Numbered from the whole stretch's first letter, positions 1 through 11,822 are shown. The stretch is DNA of 63,759 bases, filler included, from Raillietiella orientalis (GCA_036172245.1; 2 parts of 2 records of this genome joined end to end with filler, not necessarily neighbours in it); one strand, 5' to 3'. Notes: generated by a model from the sequence alone, not told the origin. Numbers and translations: made by a program.

Positions 1-325
1 GGCCATCGGGATGCTATTCGCAGAAAGCGAGCTGCAAACTCCATGCCATCCCTTCCGTTGACATCCTCTGCTTCGTCGGATCCACTCCAAGCTGCCACAA
101 TACCGCGAACGCGGCAGAGAGCTGCTATTACAGCGGCTGGCTGCAGGGCGTGCCGCACGAAGAGGAGCCGAAAAACGTCTCTGGGAAGGCTACCATTCCG
201 GATCCCTAAGGTGGAACCGAAGCGTTCCCACAGGGGCCGGAGGGCAGCACAGTCAACTAAAAGGTGAGGGAGGGTTTCCCGCTCCCCACACCGGGCACAG
301 TTTGCGTTCACACTCCCCCGTGTCC
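1..325 (-). mobile_element. Tx1/L1-clade LINE ORF2 C-terminal fragment (zf-RVT); distal part of the host element split by the insertion at 326-3092
   Basis: Minus-strand translation TRGSVNANCARCGERETLPHLLVDCAALRPLW has the CxxC...HxxxxC motif typical of the L1/Tx1 ORF2 C-terminus. It continues the frame that breaks off at 3093. Confidence 0.85.
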
Positions 326-419
326 TTCTAGGGAGCGGACGTGGTTTGGCATCGCTCCACGGACTGGTTAGTGGGAAGCTTTTCGTTGGTTGTCTGGTGT
401 GTGGGAGCACCGGTGTCCC

Positions 420-2136
420 ATGGAAGAAATGCCTGAGGACACCGCGATGGAAGTTGGAGTAGGAGAAGCGACATGCTGTCCTCCATCAATGAAAGTGGGG
501 GCATCCGCCCCCCCGGAATCCCTGGCACTTGCCCCATCGGAATCGGGGGCAACCGCCCCTTCGCGACCCTCTTCGCCATTGGCGAGGAGTTGGAGTGACG
601 TCGTTGCTGCACCATCCCCGGATGCAGTAGCGGAGCAGACTGCCTACAAGGACAGCGGCTACAAGCCGTCTCTGATCTATAAGGTAGGCAGTGTGTTTGA
701 TGAAAAAATTGCACGCTCCTTCGAAATGGAGCTGCAAAGGTTGAACGTGAGGGAGGAAGACCTTGAAGGCCTATCCGTCCTTAGTGGAGGCCAGCGAGTT
801 GAGCTGACATGAAAAGAGGCAAGTCTGGCGCAGCGACTGCTGAACACCCCTATTACGGTGGACGGCCGCAGGATCTTCCCTGTGACGGAGGACCGCTCCG
901 TCGTGATCCACCTCACGGGCGTATCACTCCGAATGGACAAAACCAGCGTCCATGAGGAGTTGTCGAAGCATAGTAGTGTGCACGCGTATTGGGCCAAACC
1001 CAATGTCTTCCGAACGTACGGAAGGCTATTCAGTGGGATGGCCGCAGCCCGCGTCACCCTACCAGAGAATGGTGGGCTTCCCCACAAACTGAATATCGGC
1101 GAAGAAAAAGTCGCGGACGTACGTGGGTAAGCCCAAGTATTGTGGCCATTGCGATGCTACAGGGCATCTAAAAAAACGGTGCCCTAACATCCAATGCCAC
1201 TTATGTGGAAATAAGGGCCACATCCGTAAGGTGTGCCCAAGAAGAGAAATCCCGTCCCCATCCGCTGCCAAAAAGACAAAAGGGAAACGCACGGGAGAGA
1301 CGCATACACAGAAACAGGCTGTAAACACCCAGATGTCAGTCCCTAAGCCCTCACAGCAAACGTCGGTTGAGAACACTCCCGACGACGCTGGTGACGGCGA
1401 AGGCTGGCAGACGGTACAGCCACGAAGAAAACCCGGGAGTCCCGAACGAAACGCGGTGAAAACAAAAACGCAGCGCGAAAAACCGTGCCGCGAAAAGCTC
1501 CGCGCGTGTTCAGTAAAATTAGGACGTGTGGAGGCACCCGATGCCGCCGCCGGGGGAGCAATCCCCCCCCTCGCGTCCGCCGAAGCCGCGACGGTCGATG
1601 GCGAACCCTCTGGGGAAACAGAGGGGGAACCGCGCGCCGCGCTCGACGCGATCGAGGAGGCCGCCTTCCAGCAGGCGGTGGAAGAAATCGCGGCTGAACT
1701 GCAAGGCCGTGAGAAGAACTCCCGGAAAGGCTTACGAAGGCCGGCCGCGAGGAAGGCTCCGGATGCAGGTGAGGCCGATCCGGATGCTGGAAGTGCGTCC
1801 TCCTCAACGGAGGCGCCACCAAAGAAGACGGGACGCAAGTCCCAGAATCCCAGGAGGCGCGTACGGATCAAGAAGGAGGAGGATGAACTGGCACTCGAGG
1901 GGGAAGCCGGCAGCGTGGGAGGCGAGGGTGGGAATCTCTCATTTCAAGACACCGTGCAGCTGGCGACCCCCATGGAGGAGGAAGTACAGGTGGGTGAAAC
2001 CCCCCTTCCTCTGCACGGCCCTGACGAAGACTCGGCCCCCATGGAGGAGGGAGAAGCGATGCGCGACGCACCCCCTCCTCCTAGCGTCCCGCCAGACAAG
2101 GTGGCGGGAGCCCCATTGCCACTTTCCCAGGATTAA
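420..2136 (+). pseudogene. LINE ORF1 (gag-like: RRM-like region plus two CCHC zinc knuckles), disrupted
   Basis: SWSDVVA motif and an RRM-like segment (SVVIHLTGVSLRMDKTSVHEELSKH). Two Cx2Cx4Hx4C knuckles: CGHCDATGHLKKRC and CHLCGNKGHIRKVC. In-frame TGA at 810-812 and a frameshift near 1120-1125. Confidence 0.85.
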
Positions 2137-2162
2137 CACCTGGGCTCGCCTGTCGCCGTAGG

Positions 2163-2336
2163 ATCCGCGTAGCCTGCTGGAACGTCAACCGGCTGCGCGA
2201 CGACGGCAACAGGCGGGATACGGCCGACACCCTGCGCGACTTCGACCTGGCGCTCCTGCAGGAGATTCACGTGATCACCGCGGAGAACGCTCAGGAGATC
2301 GAGAGGATCGCAGGGGGTCGTCTGTTTTGGCAGTGA
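2163..2336 (+). pseudogene. LINE ORF2 apurinic-like endonuclease N-terminal remnant
   Basis: Translates IRVACWNVNRLR...DFDLALLQEIH, matching the WNVNGL and DxxxLQETH motifs of APE-type LINE endonucleases. It is not in the ORF track. Confidence 0.85.
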
Positions 2337-2357
2337 GGCGCTCGCAACACCTGTGGC

Positions 2358-2874
2358 GTCGCCAGAAACACTTGGGCGGAGACGACCCCACTGGCCACGG
2401 CGCTGCCCTTCCTACGAAGGGAGCTTCAAAACAGCCGGAAGCCGAGATGGCAAGTCTCCTGCTGGATAGCGGGCAAGGAGAAGGATCTAAGCGGGTGGAC
2501 AATAAAGGAACTGGCAGACGCCGCAACCCCAAGCGTTCACCCGCATGGAATACGGAGATGGGTCGAGCTGTTTGGCATCCCGGCGGATAATTACCCTAGA
2601 GTGGCCCCCGTTATTTAGAGACGCATCCACCCTCCCCCTCAAGTGGCAGGAAACGGCGCTGTTGTTGTTGCACTGGGGTCTTCCCTGCAACGCGCGCCGC
2701 CACCACTGGACGTTGGGGAACGTGGGACAGAACTGTGCAGTGTGCGGGGAGAAGGAATCCCTCCCCCATCTGTTAGTGGACTGCGCTGCCCTCCGGCCCT
2801 TGTGGGAACGTTATGCTACGACCCTCCCTATGCCGGTCGGCAGTACCGAGGGAAAGGATAGTCTCTTCCTCTAG
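2358..2874 (+). pseudogene. LINE ORF2 C-terminal remnant with zf-RVT
   Basis: ARNTWAETTPLATALPFLRR..., then after a frameshift KWQETALLLLHWGLPCN...CAVCGEKESLPHLLVDC. Colinear with the ORFs at 3036..3599- and 15961..17043-. Confidence 0.85.
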
Positions 2875-3092
2875 CGGGTTGTGATCCCTTCCCGGCCCCC
2901 CAAATAGTTTCTTTTTGTTATTTCATTTATTTTTCTTTTTGTTTCACCCCCTATCACCTCCGCTGCCGAGGAGGACAAGCTGGCCTCAGAACCGGCTTCC
3001 TGGCAGGTCCCATGAAATATTGGCCGTAGCGGGGCCTAGTACCTCAAATGCAAAGCGTTTTTTAATAAACGCCCCGGCGTGACCGGGTGAAA

Positions 3093-4260
3093 ACTTCCCC
3101 GTGTCCAATGGTGGCGGCAAGCATTGCAGGGGAGTCCCCAGTGCAACAGCATCAGCGCCGACTCCTGCCATTTTAGGGAAAGGATGCTTGTTCCAGTTAT
3201 CACTGGAGGCCACTTCAGGTCATCAGTCGTGATGCCGAGCAGCTCGCCCCATTTTCTAAGTCCTTGCGGAAGGACGCTATGGGTTGTGGCGTCCGCCAGC
3301 TGTCCCATTGTCCAAACGCTGAACAATTTTTCTCTGCCTGGGATACGGCAAGAGACTTGCCACCTTGGCGTCCGGCTGCTGACGAGGGCCCTACGTAGGA
3401 AGGGCAGCACCGTCGCCAGGCAGGTCGTCTCTGCCCACGTGCTTCTGGCTGGACACTCCAGGATCTCGCGTAGAGTGCAGCGGGAGTATCTGCCCCGCCG
3501 CAGGCTATTCCACCTCTCGTGGCTCCTCTGATTCACTACCGCCCACGTGCCAACTGTTTCTTCCAGCCATGCGCTGGAGTTGACGGGGCTGCGGATCATC
3601 CACGCATTCTCCCTCGCCAGGGTGGCTCCTCGGACGAGTAGAAGGCCGCATCATCTTGTCTTCCTTTCACGACATAGAAGAGATGCGAGTCCTCCCGTTC
3701 CGGATGCACGTCTGGCAAGGAGGCGGGCAGGAACACACCACGGGGTGCTTCACAACTTCGCTGCGATGGCCAAGGTTCGCCATCGCAGCCGAATTTCCAT
3801 GCGCTCCAGCGTCAGGAGGCCAAGACCACCATCACGACGCGGAGCGCACAAGTCCATCAAAGGAACTCGGGGCCTCCCCTTGCCCCAAAGGGCGATGCGC
3901 AGGAGATCCTTTGTACTTTTTTTCATATTCATGGGGACGGGGCAAACAAAAGTATTAATGAAGGATAGGGGCCGCAAAAGCGTTCCATACTGCGGCCCGT
4001 TCCGGCAAGTGGAACTTGCCCTCCAGGAACGGGCGAATCGCCAAATCCACTTTCTGAAGACGGCCTGACCATGCTTCTCACGGGCAGAAGTCTCCCAGCG
4101 GAACGCCAAGGTACTTCAGATGTGTGCCCGTCGGGATCCCCAGGCGGATCCAGTCAGGTCGTCCTACCCACGTCGCTCCAACTGCCACCATCGACGATTT
4201 TGCCCTGTTGACCCGTGGCCCTGTCCCACGGCTTAGTAGGTCGAAGAAATGTTCGACCGC
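3093..4260 (-). mobile_element. Host Tx1/L1-clade LINE ORF2 fragment (end of RT to zf-RVT), frameshifted
   Basis: GPRVNRAKS, HLKYLGVPL, LCAPRRDGGLGL and KWQESALMLLHWGLPCN are characteristic late-RT and post-RT L1/Tx1 motifs. Confidence 0.85.
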
Positions 4261-4905
4261 CGTTGCCGGAGCGGACATTGGGAGCGGGAACAGCCGGAGC
4301 GAGTGCCCGGCAACAGCGAGAGCAGTCCTCCGCTGCCGGCGCATCTCCTCAGGAGAATGCGTGCAGGCACACACTGGGGGGTTGTCCACAGCTCGGCACA
4401 CAGTGCAGCAGTCGGAACTGCTCCTGCAGTCCGATTCGCTCCATTGTCAGGATGTCCAAGCCAGCATCTCGACGTGGAGTTCCGAAGACTTTCAGGCTGA
4501 TCCTGGATCTCGCCGGTCCCCAGAGAACGTTCCTAAGCAGGCGTTTAGCCCGCTCTTTTGCCGCGAAGGGAGGTTCTAACAAAATAAACAGGGGGTGGTG
4601 GAAGGAGGCCACAAAAGTATTATAAACAGCCACCCGTTCCATCAAAGTAAACTCGCCGTTAATGAACAAGATGGTGGTGGACAACTCTGCCTTCTGAAGA
4701 AAGTCCGACCACGCTACGGCTGCGCCGATAGCGCCCAACGGAACGCAAAGTACCCGACCGTAGGGATCCCCAGGCGGATCCAGACTGGATCCGCCTGGGG
4801 ATCCGGACTTCCCGTCCCACGACGCACCCACTGGAACAACCACGCTGTTCTCTCTGTTGATGAAAAATTGCAGCGTCGTCCCACAACGATCACAGAACGC
4901 CCTCA
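4261..4905 (-). mobile_element. Additional diverged LINE ORF2 fragment (late RT/post-RT), head-to-tail with the host fragment
   Basis: VVVPVGASW, RVLCVPLG and FGTPRRDAGLDI parallel MVAVGATW, KYLGVPLG and LCAPRRDGGLGL in the adjacent copy. Boundaries are approximate. Confidence 0.75.
4764..4804. repeat. Perfect 41-bp palindrome (20-bp arms, 1-nt centre); mirrored at 27191-27231
   Basis: GGATCCCCAGGCGGATCCAG-A-CTGGATCCGCCTGGGGATCC, read directly from the sequence. Confidence 0.95.
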
Positions 4906-6113
4906 GTAATCTACCCTTTTTCCAAGCAAGTTCTGTCTGAAACGTCCCTGCCTACCGTTTAACAGCACTGCAATGATCGCAGCAATTACCGCATATGCAG
5001 AAACGTTAGCACGATCCAAGACATACAATAGGCACTTTGTATACAACTTGGAGAATGTGCCTTAATTCTCAAAGTCTCCTTCTTCTGATGCTTTCATCGC
5101 AGCTACGTCATCTTGATGTATTGCATTGCTCTTTCCAAATAATGGACCAAGTTGGAAAAAGAGAGCAAAAAGCAGAGTTGCCTAATATGAAAATAGCAGT
5201 AATTGGCAAGTGGTGCGTAAATTGCTAAAGAACTCCAGGCCAAAATAGAAGAGGAGAAAATACTATGATTTTCACCAATGTGGATGTCAAGATCGGCCGA
5301 AACATATGCGTTGCAGCAGCAGTAAATGCACCCTGCAAAGGTGCTCCCTTAATTACTTTACGATCAGCATATTCACTTACTACTATTGCATCTAGAGTGA
5401 CGCTCCATTTCATATATTAATTATGTTTTTGCAAGTTGGCCTGCGATATTTTTGCAGTCGTCGTCTATAAATTCTAAATTTCAGAAATTGTACCGTATTA
5501 ATGGCACGCCGGAAGCTAAAGGCTTCAGCACCTCTTAATTCTCCAACTAGTATTCGATCTGGCCCAAGTCTTAAGCATAGGATGTTTTTTGTTCTCAGTC
5601 CCCACCTCCCACACCCATTTGGAACCTACAGCTTTCCTGGCATGCGAACCGTTGGTGTTTTTGAGTTTTGCTTTTTGGTAGGCTTCAGCGGGAGGAAGCA
5701 ACTGTTCCCTGCTTGTTCATGGAAATAAACGTCCCCTCGTGACAGGGAAAAAACTTCATGCCAAACATTGTCGTGAATTCCTTCTCGAACGGGAGAGGTT
5801 GGGGTGCAGGAGAGAACATTCGGACGTGTAGTGCGCGCGAGCTCAACAGCATTGCATTGTCCCCGCGCGCAGCATCCCTCCATTAGCCTCCTCCTCTGCA
5901 GAAAGAGTCGATAGGCTTTCTTCTTGGTTCTGGAAGCGGCATTTGAACGGACGAAGGCAGTGAGCGGTTCCCCGCGTCTCGCCTCTCCATTGCTTTTCCT
6001 CGGGTCGCACACCCCGTGCCTGCTGTCGTCAGGCAGCCGTCGACGCACGCTGAGCGCCTCCGGCACGGGACATGGGTCTGACAGAGGACCTGCGTATGCT
6101 TGGTTTTCCGCGG

Positions 6114-7200
6114 GTTCGCTGCTGGCGATTGTGCCTCTGCAGCATCAGGAGTGCACAGAGTGCTACCATCAGGGCACCTGCCTCTGGTGCCTCTCTCACC
6201 TCAACTGCGTTGTTCGCAGGGGCACCTTCGTGGATGGGTGCGGCTTCGGCGTCTGCTGCAAAGTTCAGGCACGACACCCGCCCGGCTGTTCCAGATTTTC
6301 GCACCCTGAATCCGGATCCCAGTGTTCATCACGTGGAATCGCACCATCTCTGCCAACAACACGTTCTCTGTCAACACACTGGAGGTCGTGTATGCTAAAG
6401 GAACCTTCCAGGAAAAGCTAAACAAAGGCGACTCGTCCGCGTTCCAGTAGAGATATGCGGAAAGGGAGGACACGCGGTGAATAAGGAGGATCTGGAGGAT
6501 GGAAGCACGGAGACATACGCCAATTCCCCCCCCCCCCATTGCAGGAACGACGGCGTGCCCATTGCTGCATAGCGGTGGGAGAGCATGGCAACTGGTGCGT
6601 TGCCAAGGTGGAGTGCGCCCTGAGATCACCAATCGCGTGCCTTCTGTGCAAGGGGGAACTTTGCAGGAATGCCACAGTAGGTGGCATGTGTCTGCATTCA
6701 ACGGGGGCGCATATCCTTCCGAATCTGTCGCCTCCACAACTCCTTTCCTCCGGCAACTTCGAAGGCAGAACCGGGAACGCACGGCCCTTCGTGCTATCTC
6801 TGGCACTGCACGATAAAGGCATCTGCTGAACGGATTCGCTCTCCGTTTCTTCCGGAGGGAAGGGTCCAGCCATCCGCTACCTCTGAAATGCGCTTCGAAC
6901 AAGAGCAACCACTTTGAGCAACCGTCGAGGTCCCTCTCTCCGATTGCCTTTCGGCAAATGTGCGTCCGCGTTTTACCGGATGTCCGGAAACTCGCTTGCA
7001 TGCCTTGCTTGAGGAAAAAGGGGAAGAATGGGAGACGTCTGTCCAGAAATTCCTGCTGGACGGCGGCTTCCTGCCCGACCATCCTTCCATTGTACGTCCC
7101 TTCCGACACGGACGTTTATCAACACATTATTACGGCGACCTTGGGGTCCTTGTCCATGGACCTCATTTGCATGTGGATAATCCGAATACTGCAGATGCAC
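6114..7200 (+). pseudogene. Degraded paralog of the CUB-type gene (remnants of four exons)
   Basis: Exon-like blocks match exons 2-5 of the intact gene in order and phase: 6114-6263 (SLLAIVPLQHQEC...GCGFGVCCK), 6323-6452 (VFITWNRTISANNTF...SAFQ*R), 6498-6676 (RME...ECH) and 7091-~7200 (LYVPSD...MWIIRILQM). TAG at 6448-6450, and several splice dinucleotides are mutated. Confidence 0.7.
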
Positions 7201-7612
7201 CTATTGCGCCTGGCCTGGACTCGTTCGTTCTTTGCTCTTCCGAAAGGAATGCGAAAAGCGAAGTATTATCCCAGTATGTAGAATCCCAGGAGCTCGATAT
7301 GAAAAGTATTGTAAGGCGAGTCCATCTGGCCTTTGCGTTCGATTCTTCCCACCGCACCATCCACGAGGTTTCCTCAGCTCTTCCGAAATCACGCAAACAG
7401 CAGCGACATCGCAACGCCGAATATTTCATTTTCAACCTTAAAGTGCCTATCTGCACCGAATACATGAGCATCCTCAAGCAGCATCACGCCCATTGCATGT
7501 GGTTCGCAGCAGTTATCCTTGCAAACCTCCGGCGGCAAGAGTCACAGTCCTTTCTCAACCCACGAGAGGTACAGAGCAAACTTTTATTGCTATACCAGAT
7601 ATCAGCAGATCA

Positions 7613-10600
7613 CTAATTCACTTGATTGTACATGAGGTTGAACCCAACGTTCCTCGCCATGGTCATCACAGCGTTGTTTGTTTTGATGTGCAGCATGAAT
7701 GGAAACACGGCAGCTGAAAGCACAGATGACTCCGAAAACCTATACTGATCGTTATCTTACTGCACACTTGAGATCCAGCATTCATCCCAGTTACAGCGTT
7801 TAGCCAATTCCCGCAGAAACGCTCTTGCGTGCACATTGGGTTGGCCGCAAGAACAGCAGCCTGAGCACCACCGCAAGGGATGATAAACGCATCGTTGACA
7901 CAATTTGCTGCTACACTGTTGCTCAAGGAAGTCGCAGCAGTCGCGTCAATCGAGAAACCAACGTCGGCCATGTTGGGTATCGCATTCAAGCACAACGCCC
8001 TGGCTCCAGGGGTAGCCCTCACACACATCGCGTATTCCAGGTTGGTATTTAGAACCGACATGACGTTGTTCATCCAGCCAAAGGATACGATCATACCTGT
8101 GGCCTCAAGGAAGTACTGAAGGCATCCGATGGGAGCTGCAAATGAGAAAACACTTTGAATTCACCCCACTCTATCCGCATCGCAGTGAGGATGCGATAGG
8201 GTGTTCTGTGAATTAACTGTCCGCTTCCATTTCAACATATAATTTGGCACAACCCCTTCATTCCGCTGGGAGTTTTTGCTATTGCACAGACCAATGCAGC
8301 GTCAAGGAAGCTGCGAACCCTCCACTGGTCATGGAGTCGACCGACCTCAGCAACAACCAAAAGGCGGGACATGCCATCGTCAAACAGGAAACCCCTGCCG
8401 TCAGCTCCGCCGCTCGCATTGCGAAATCGAATGGGAGTTCCCAACAAATTTACTGCTCTTTCCTTGCGACATTCTTTTTTCTAAACTACGGCATGCACCA
8501 TGTCCCTTTTAATTGCACGTTCGGTGTCTCGCGGGAGGGAGAATGGGGTGGTACGCGTAAAGGGATATTCGCGGCAGCCATTGCCACAACGGTGCAACCT
8601 CCTACAGCGCGTGGGACAGGAAGGGCAGAGCTTTCTTTGGGTGGGTAGCCAATTCGACGAAGCATGGAATGGGACGGTTCCATCCACTTACCCAGATACT
8701 CGGATCCGGATTCGATCTGCAACACACGGATGGACCAGGATCTTATTTCCATAGGCATCGCAGAGGCGACCGTGATGACTAGCATAACTCCCGTCGTTGC
8801 AGCGTCCATCCTCACGTACACTAAAATCCAGAAGAGGGGGGGCTTAACTATGCCAGCTGGCATTGGGGTTCTGTGTCTTCTGATTGTACTTCAGTCAAGC
8901 TCTTTTGGCCAATATCCGCAGCGACTTCACGGATATGTGTCCAAGAGCCCGGCACCGCTGATTCATACCAGCGGACACACGCCGACATGCCACGTAGGCA
9001 AAGACAGCAGTGGCACCCTCTTTTCCGAATTCGCTTCGGGACTCTAACAGATGCACAAAAACAGGAAGACCTTTCGAGGGTGCAGAAATCTTTCGGGACT
9101 GTGTCACCAACCTACGTCCCTTTCACCAATACACTTTGGGAGGACAACCCCCGTGGTACGAGATCAGCACCGCGGATGGCAAGAGCGATGTTTAGCTAAC
9201 ATTTCCAGGGACGTTTGGTTCCCATTCCTGCAGGACTGTTGCTTGGATTTGCTCTTCTATCTCTAAAACCGCAGAAAGCCAACAGCAGCATTGCAAGAGA
9301 GAAGCGTTGGTCCGGCAGACTCGAGCGCGAGAGATGGGAGTCGGCTCTCCGCATCCCCCTCTGTGGTGCCGCACACGGCAAGCGAACCGACGATCTTCAG
9401 CGGTCAAGCCGCGCCGAAGATTGGCAGCGCTGTTTCGGAAGACGTACTCAATTCAGCGGCTTCCTATGACTACGGTCTCACACGAATGGCGCCAATGCTG
9501 GTGCTTGCCACTTACCAGCGACCAAAATAGTTACTTACGGTGATTGTTCGGGTTCGGTCCGCAAATCGAGGAAGGGATGCTTTGTAAAGATCCGCTACCC
9601 ATGGGCGTTATCACCAACGAATCCGGGTCGCATTGCCCGGTGGTACGCACTGCTGATCGAAGAGTCAGGGGCTGTAGTTCGATCCTGAAATTCACAGGTG
9701 CTTGTAAATCAAATTCTCCTCTGTGTCCCTGCTTTGCCACCGAAAATTGACCCCGTACATCCCAGCAGGGAACAAACAGCGCTTGTGCGAGAGGGAAGTG
9801 CGTGATGAAGAAGCGCGGTCAGCAGTCCCTCGGCTTTTCTCACTGTGCATCAAACAAACGAGCGGTGCCTTCATGCCGGGAGCTCTTGAGGCAGCTCCTT
9901 CTCATTGCATGCGACCTTTCTCCCCCAAAATAGGCTTCCTGCGGTATCTTCTCCCGCAGCTTGTGCTTCCCTTTGGGCTTCCTGACCTTTACACGTATTC
10001 TGATTCCCGATGGCTACCAAGCACGTGTACAAGCTCATACCCTTCGGTTCCGCGTTTTTCCGGCTTCACAATTGGTGGACGTTCGTTTTCCATTCTCGCA
10101 GGAGGAGAAATGCAGAAAGAATTCTATTTATGCTTTGCTTTATAGAAGGGTGTTGCCGCACCCAACAGTATCGTGGAATCTCACTCCCCCCTACAGCGTG
10201 GCGCCTGTCGTAAACTTCCACAGCAAAACTGCCTGATGCTGCATGCAAGTGGATGCGCTTCCCGTGGAAACGACTTGCTCGTCCGTCTTAGCGTTCGTGT
10301 TTTCCAATGTGGCGGCAAGAACTGCAGATCGACTTCGGTTGACGGTGTTTGCGATCGTCTTCCCGGTAGGGTCCTCATCCCAACGGCTGCTTGGCTTCTC
10401 TACCTCAAAAGCCACGTCTGGAGCGGAGACGTTCATCGGCGTAGCCAAATTTGACAGACACTTGGGAACCATCGTGGGTGAAACGAATGTCGATGGACAA
10501 GATGCTGCTCACAGCTACCAAAAGGGAGGCTTCGCAGGCACTGAAGCCTTTTACGATTCGATGGTGATCAGCAACCATTCCAGGATCAGTGGGCTCTCTC

Positions 10601-11822
10601 GCGCTGTGAGATGACGAGCTGCTTGACGAGCGAGACTCGCGTCATCCTCCATTGTGTAGCTAATTGAGATCCTATTCCGTTGCCTACGTTCTCTTTCAGC
10701 ACACTACTCAATATTCGAATAGAACCGAATTTCCGAAGGTCGTCCGTTGCCCGGGGATCCACTTGTGGGTTCGAACTGCTCCCTCGTCCTCACCTGAACT
10801 GTTGGATACGCGAGTTGAGTTTCTGGACCGTCGCTTGGCATGTCCCTCCGGTCGTTAGGACGTCCGTCGTGTTCTCGAAGTACGTATTGTTTATTCTTGA
10901 ACTTTGCCCGCATCCAAGTATCACTTTGGAAGTTTGACCATTTTCGGCATGGGATCATTGCGGGTCTTACCTATGCAGCAAACACCGATCCCCAGGGCGC
11001 ATTGACCATTCCTCAAACCACCGGCATTTGAGCACTCTCCAGGAGGAAGGCACGTCCCGTTGCGCGAGTTGACGAAGCAAGGCGTGTTTTGTATCCGCAC
11101 TATTTGCATCAGTGAACCTGAAGAGGAGGACGAAATGATGAGTACTCGGTGGTGATCCCGAAACGCCATTTACGTTTGCCACGAAAATCGTGCCCGTCGA
11201 AGAAAGCGTCATTGGGTGTCATCGCTTGACACTGTCGGCGAAGTTCCAGTTGCACGCGTTTTGAGGAATGCTTTCAACAGGAATGGTTTCGATCGTCCAA
11301 CGAGGTCATACGCTGGCGTGGGAAGGATTGGGAAGAAGCACGTGGAGGGAACATTCGGGAATAAGGAGATTGAGGAGGTGCACGACTTCGATTCCTCTCG
11401 TGCTTCGCCCTAGGCCACCTGACTGAGGACGAATGGCTGCACTCAGCAGGCGCGTTCTTCTCGAACTGGCAAGCACAGAGGAATCCGTGCAAGAGGGCAG
11501 CTGCCCGACGGCATGTGCGCCTCTGCAGCTCGGCCAAGTCGACTCGTTTGGCATGGCGGTGGTGAATGTGTGTGTGGATGTGTGCGAGTGGGTAGGAAGG
11601 TGGATGTGTGGATGCATGCGTGTGCTTGTGTGTTCGGAATAGCCTCAAGCGAAAACGCGCAGAGGTCCGCGGAAGCACTCGTTACTTACGGGATTGGTGT
11701 CTTGAGGTTGTGTTTGCTGCTTCTCCCTGCATGCACGTCATGACGAAAATTCCCAAAATCCACGCACACATCTCGAAAATCGCGCAGCCACCTTGGTAAC
11801 CACCTCGAGTTGTCAGCTCCAT
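7613..11822 (-). CDS. Spliced CUB-type Cys-rich secreted protein gene, left-arm copy
   Basis: Mirror of the right-arm model. Exons: 11690-11822 (putative first; alternative 11174-11222), 10971-11117, 10794-10923, 9539-9684, 8692-8820, 7761-8135, 7613-7713. Confidence 0.8.

Larger units (their letters stand above)
326..3092 (+). mobile_element. Internally deleted Tx1/L1-clade LINE (ORF1, APE N-terminus, ORF2 C-terminus, 3'UTR) flanked by a 14-bp TSD
   Basis: TSD ACTCCCCCGTGTCC (312-325) and ACTTCCCCGTGTCC (3093-3106), one mismatch. Contains a gag-like ORF1, an APE motif, a zf-RVT motif and a U-rich 3'UTR ending AATAAA-hairpin-AAAA. Confidence 0.85.

Noticed and set aside
1059..2161. ORFs 1059..1871- and 1526..2161+
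   Set aside because: Shadow frames of the GC-rich LINE ORF1.
6545..6620. Trypsin-like TAAHC...GEH motif (ACGGCGTGCCCATTGCTGC)
   Set aside because: It needs a frameshift, no catalytic Asp/Ser motifs follow, and the segment is better explained as exon 4 of the CUB pseudogene.
6201..7616. Long ORFs 6201..7109- (302 aa) and 6960..7616+ (218 aa), and their mirrors, as genes
   Set aside because: They have no recognisable motifs and overlap the CUB pseudogene exons in other frames or on the other strand.
11560..11635. TG-rich tract as a functional repeat
   Set aside because: A short, degenerate (TG)n-like microsatellite in a predicted intron; unremarkable.
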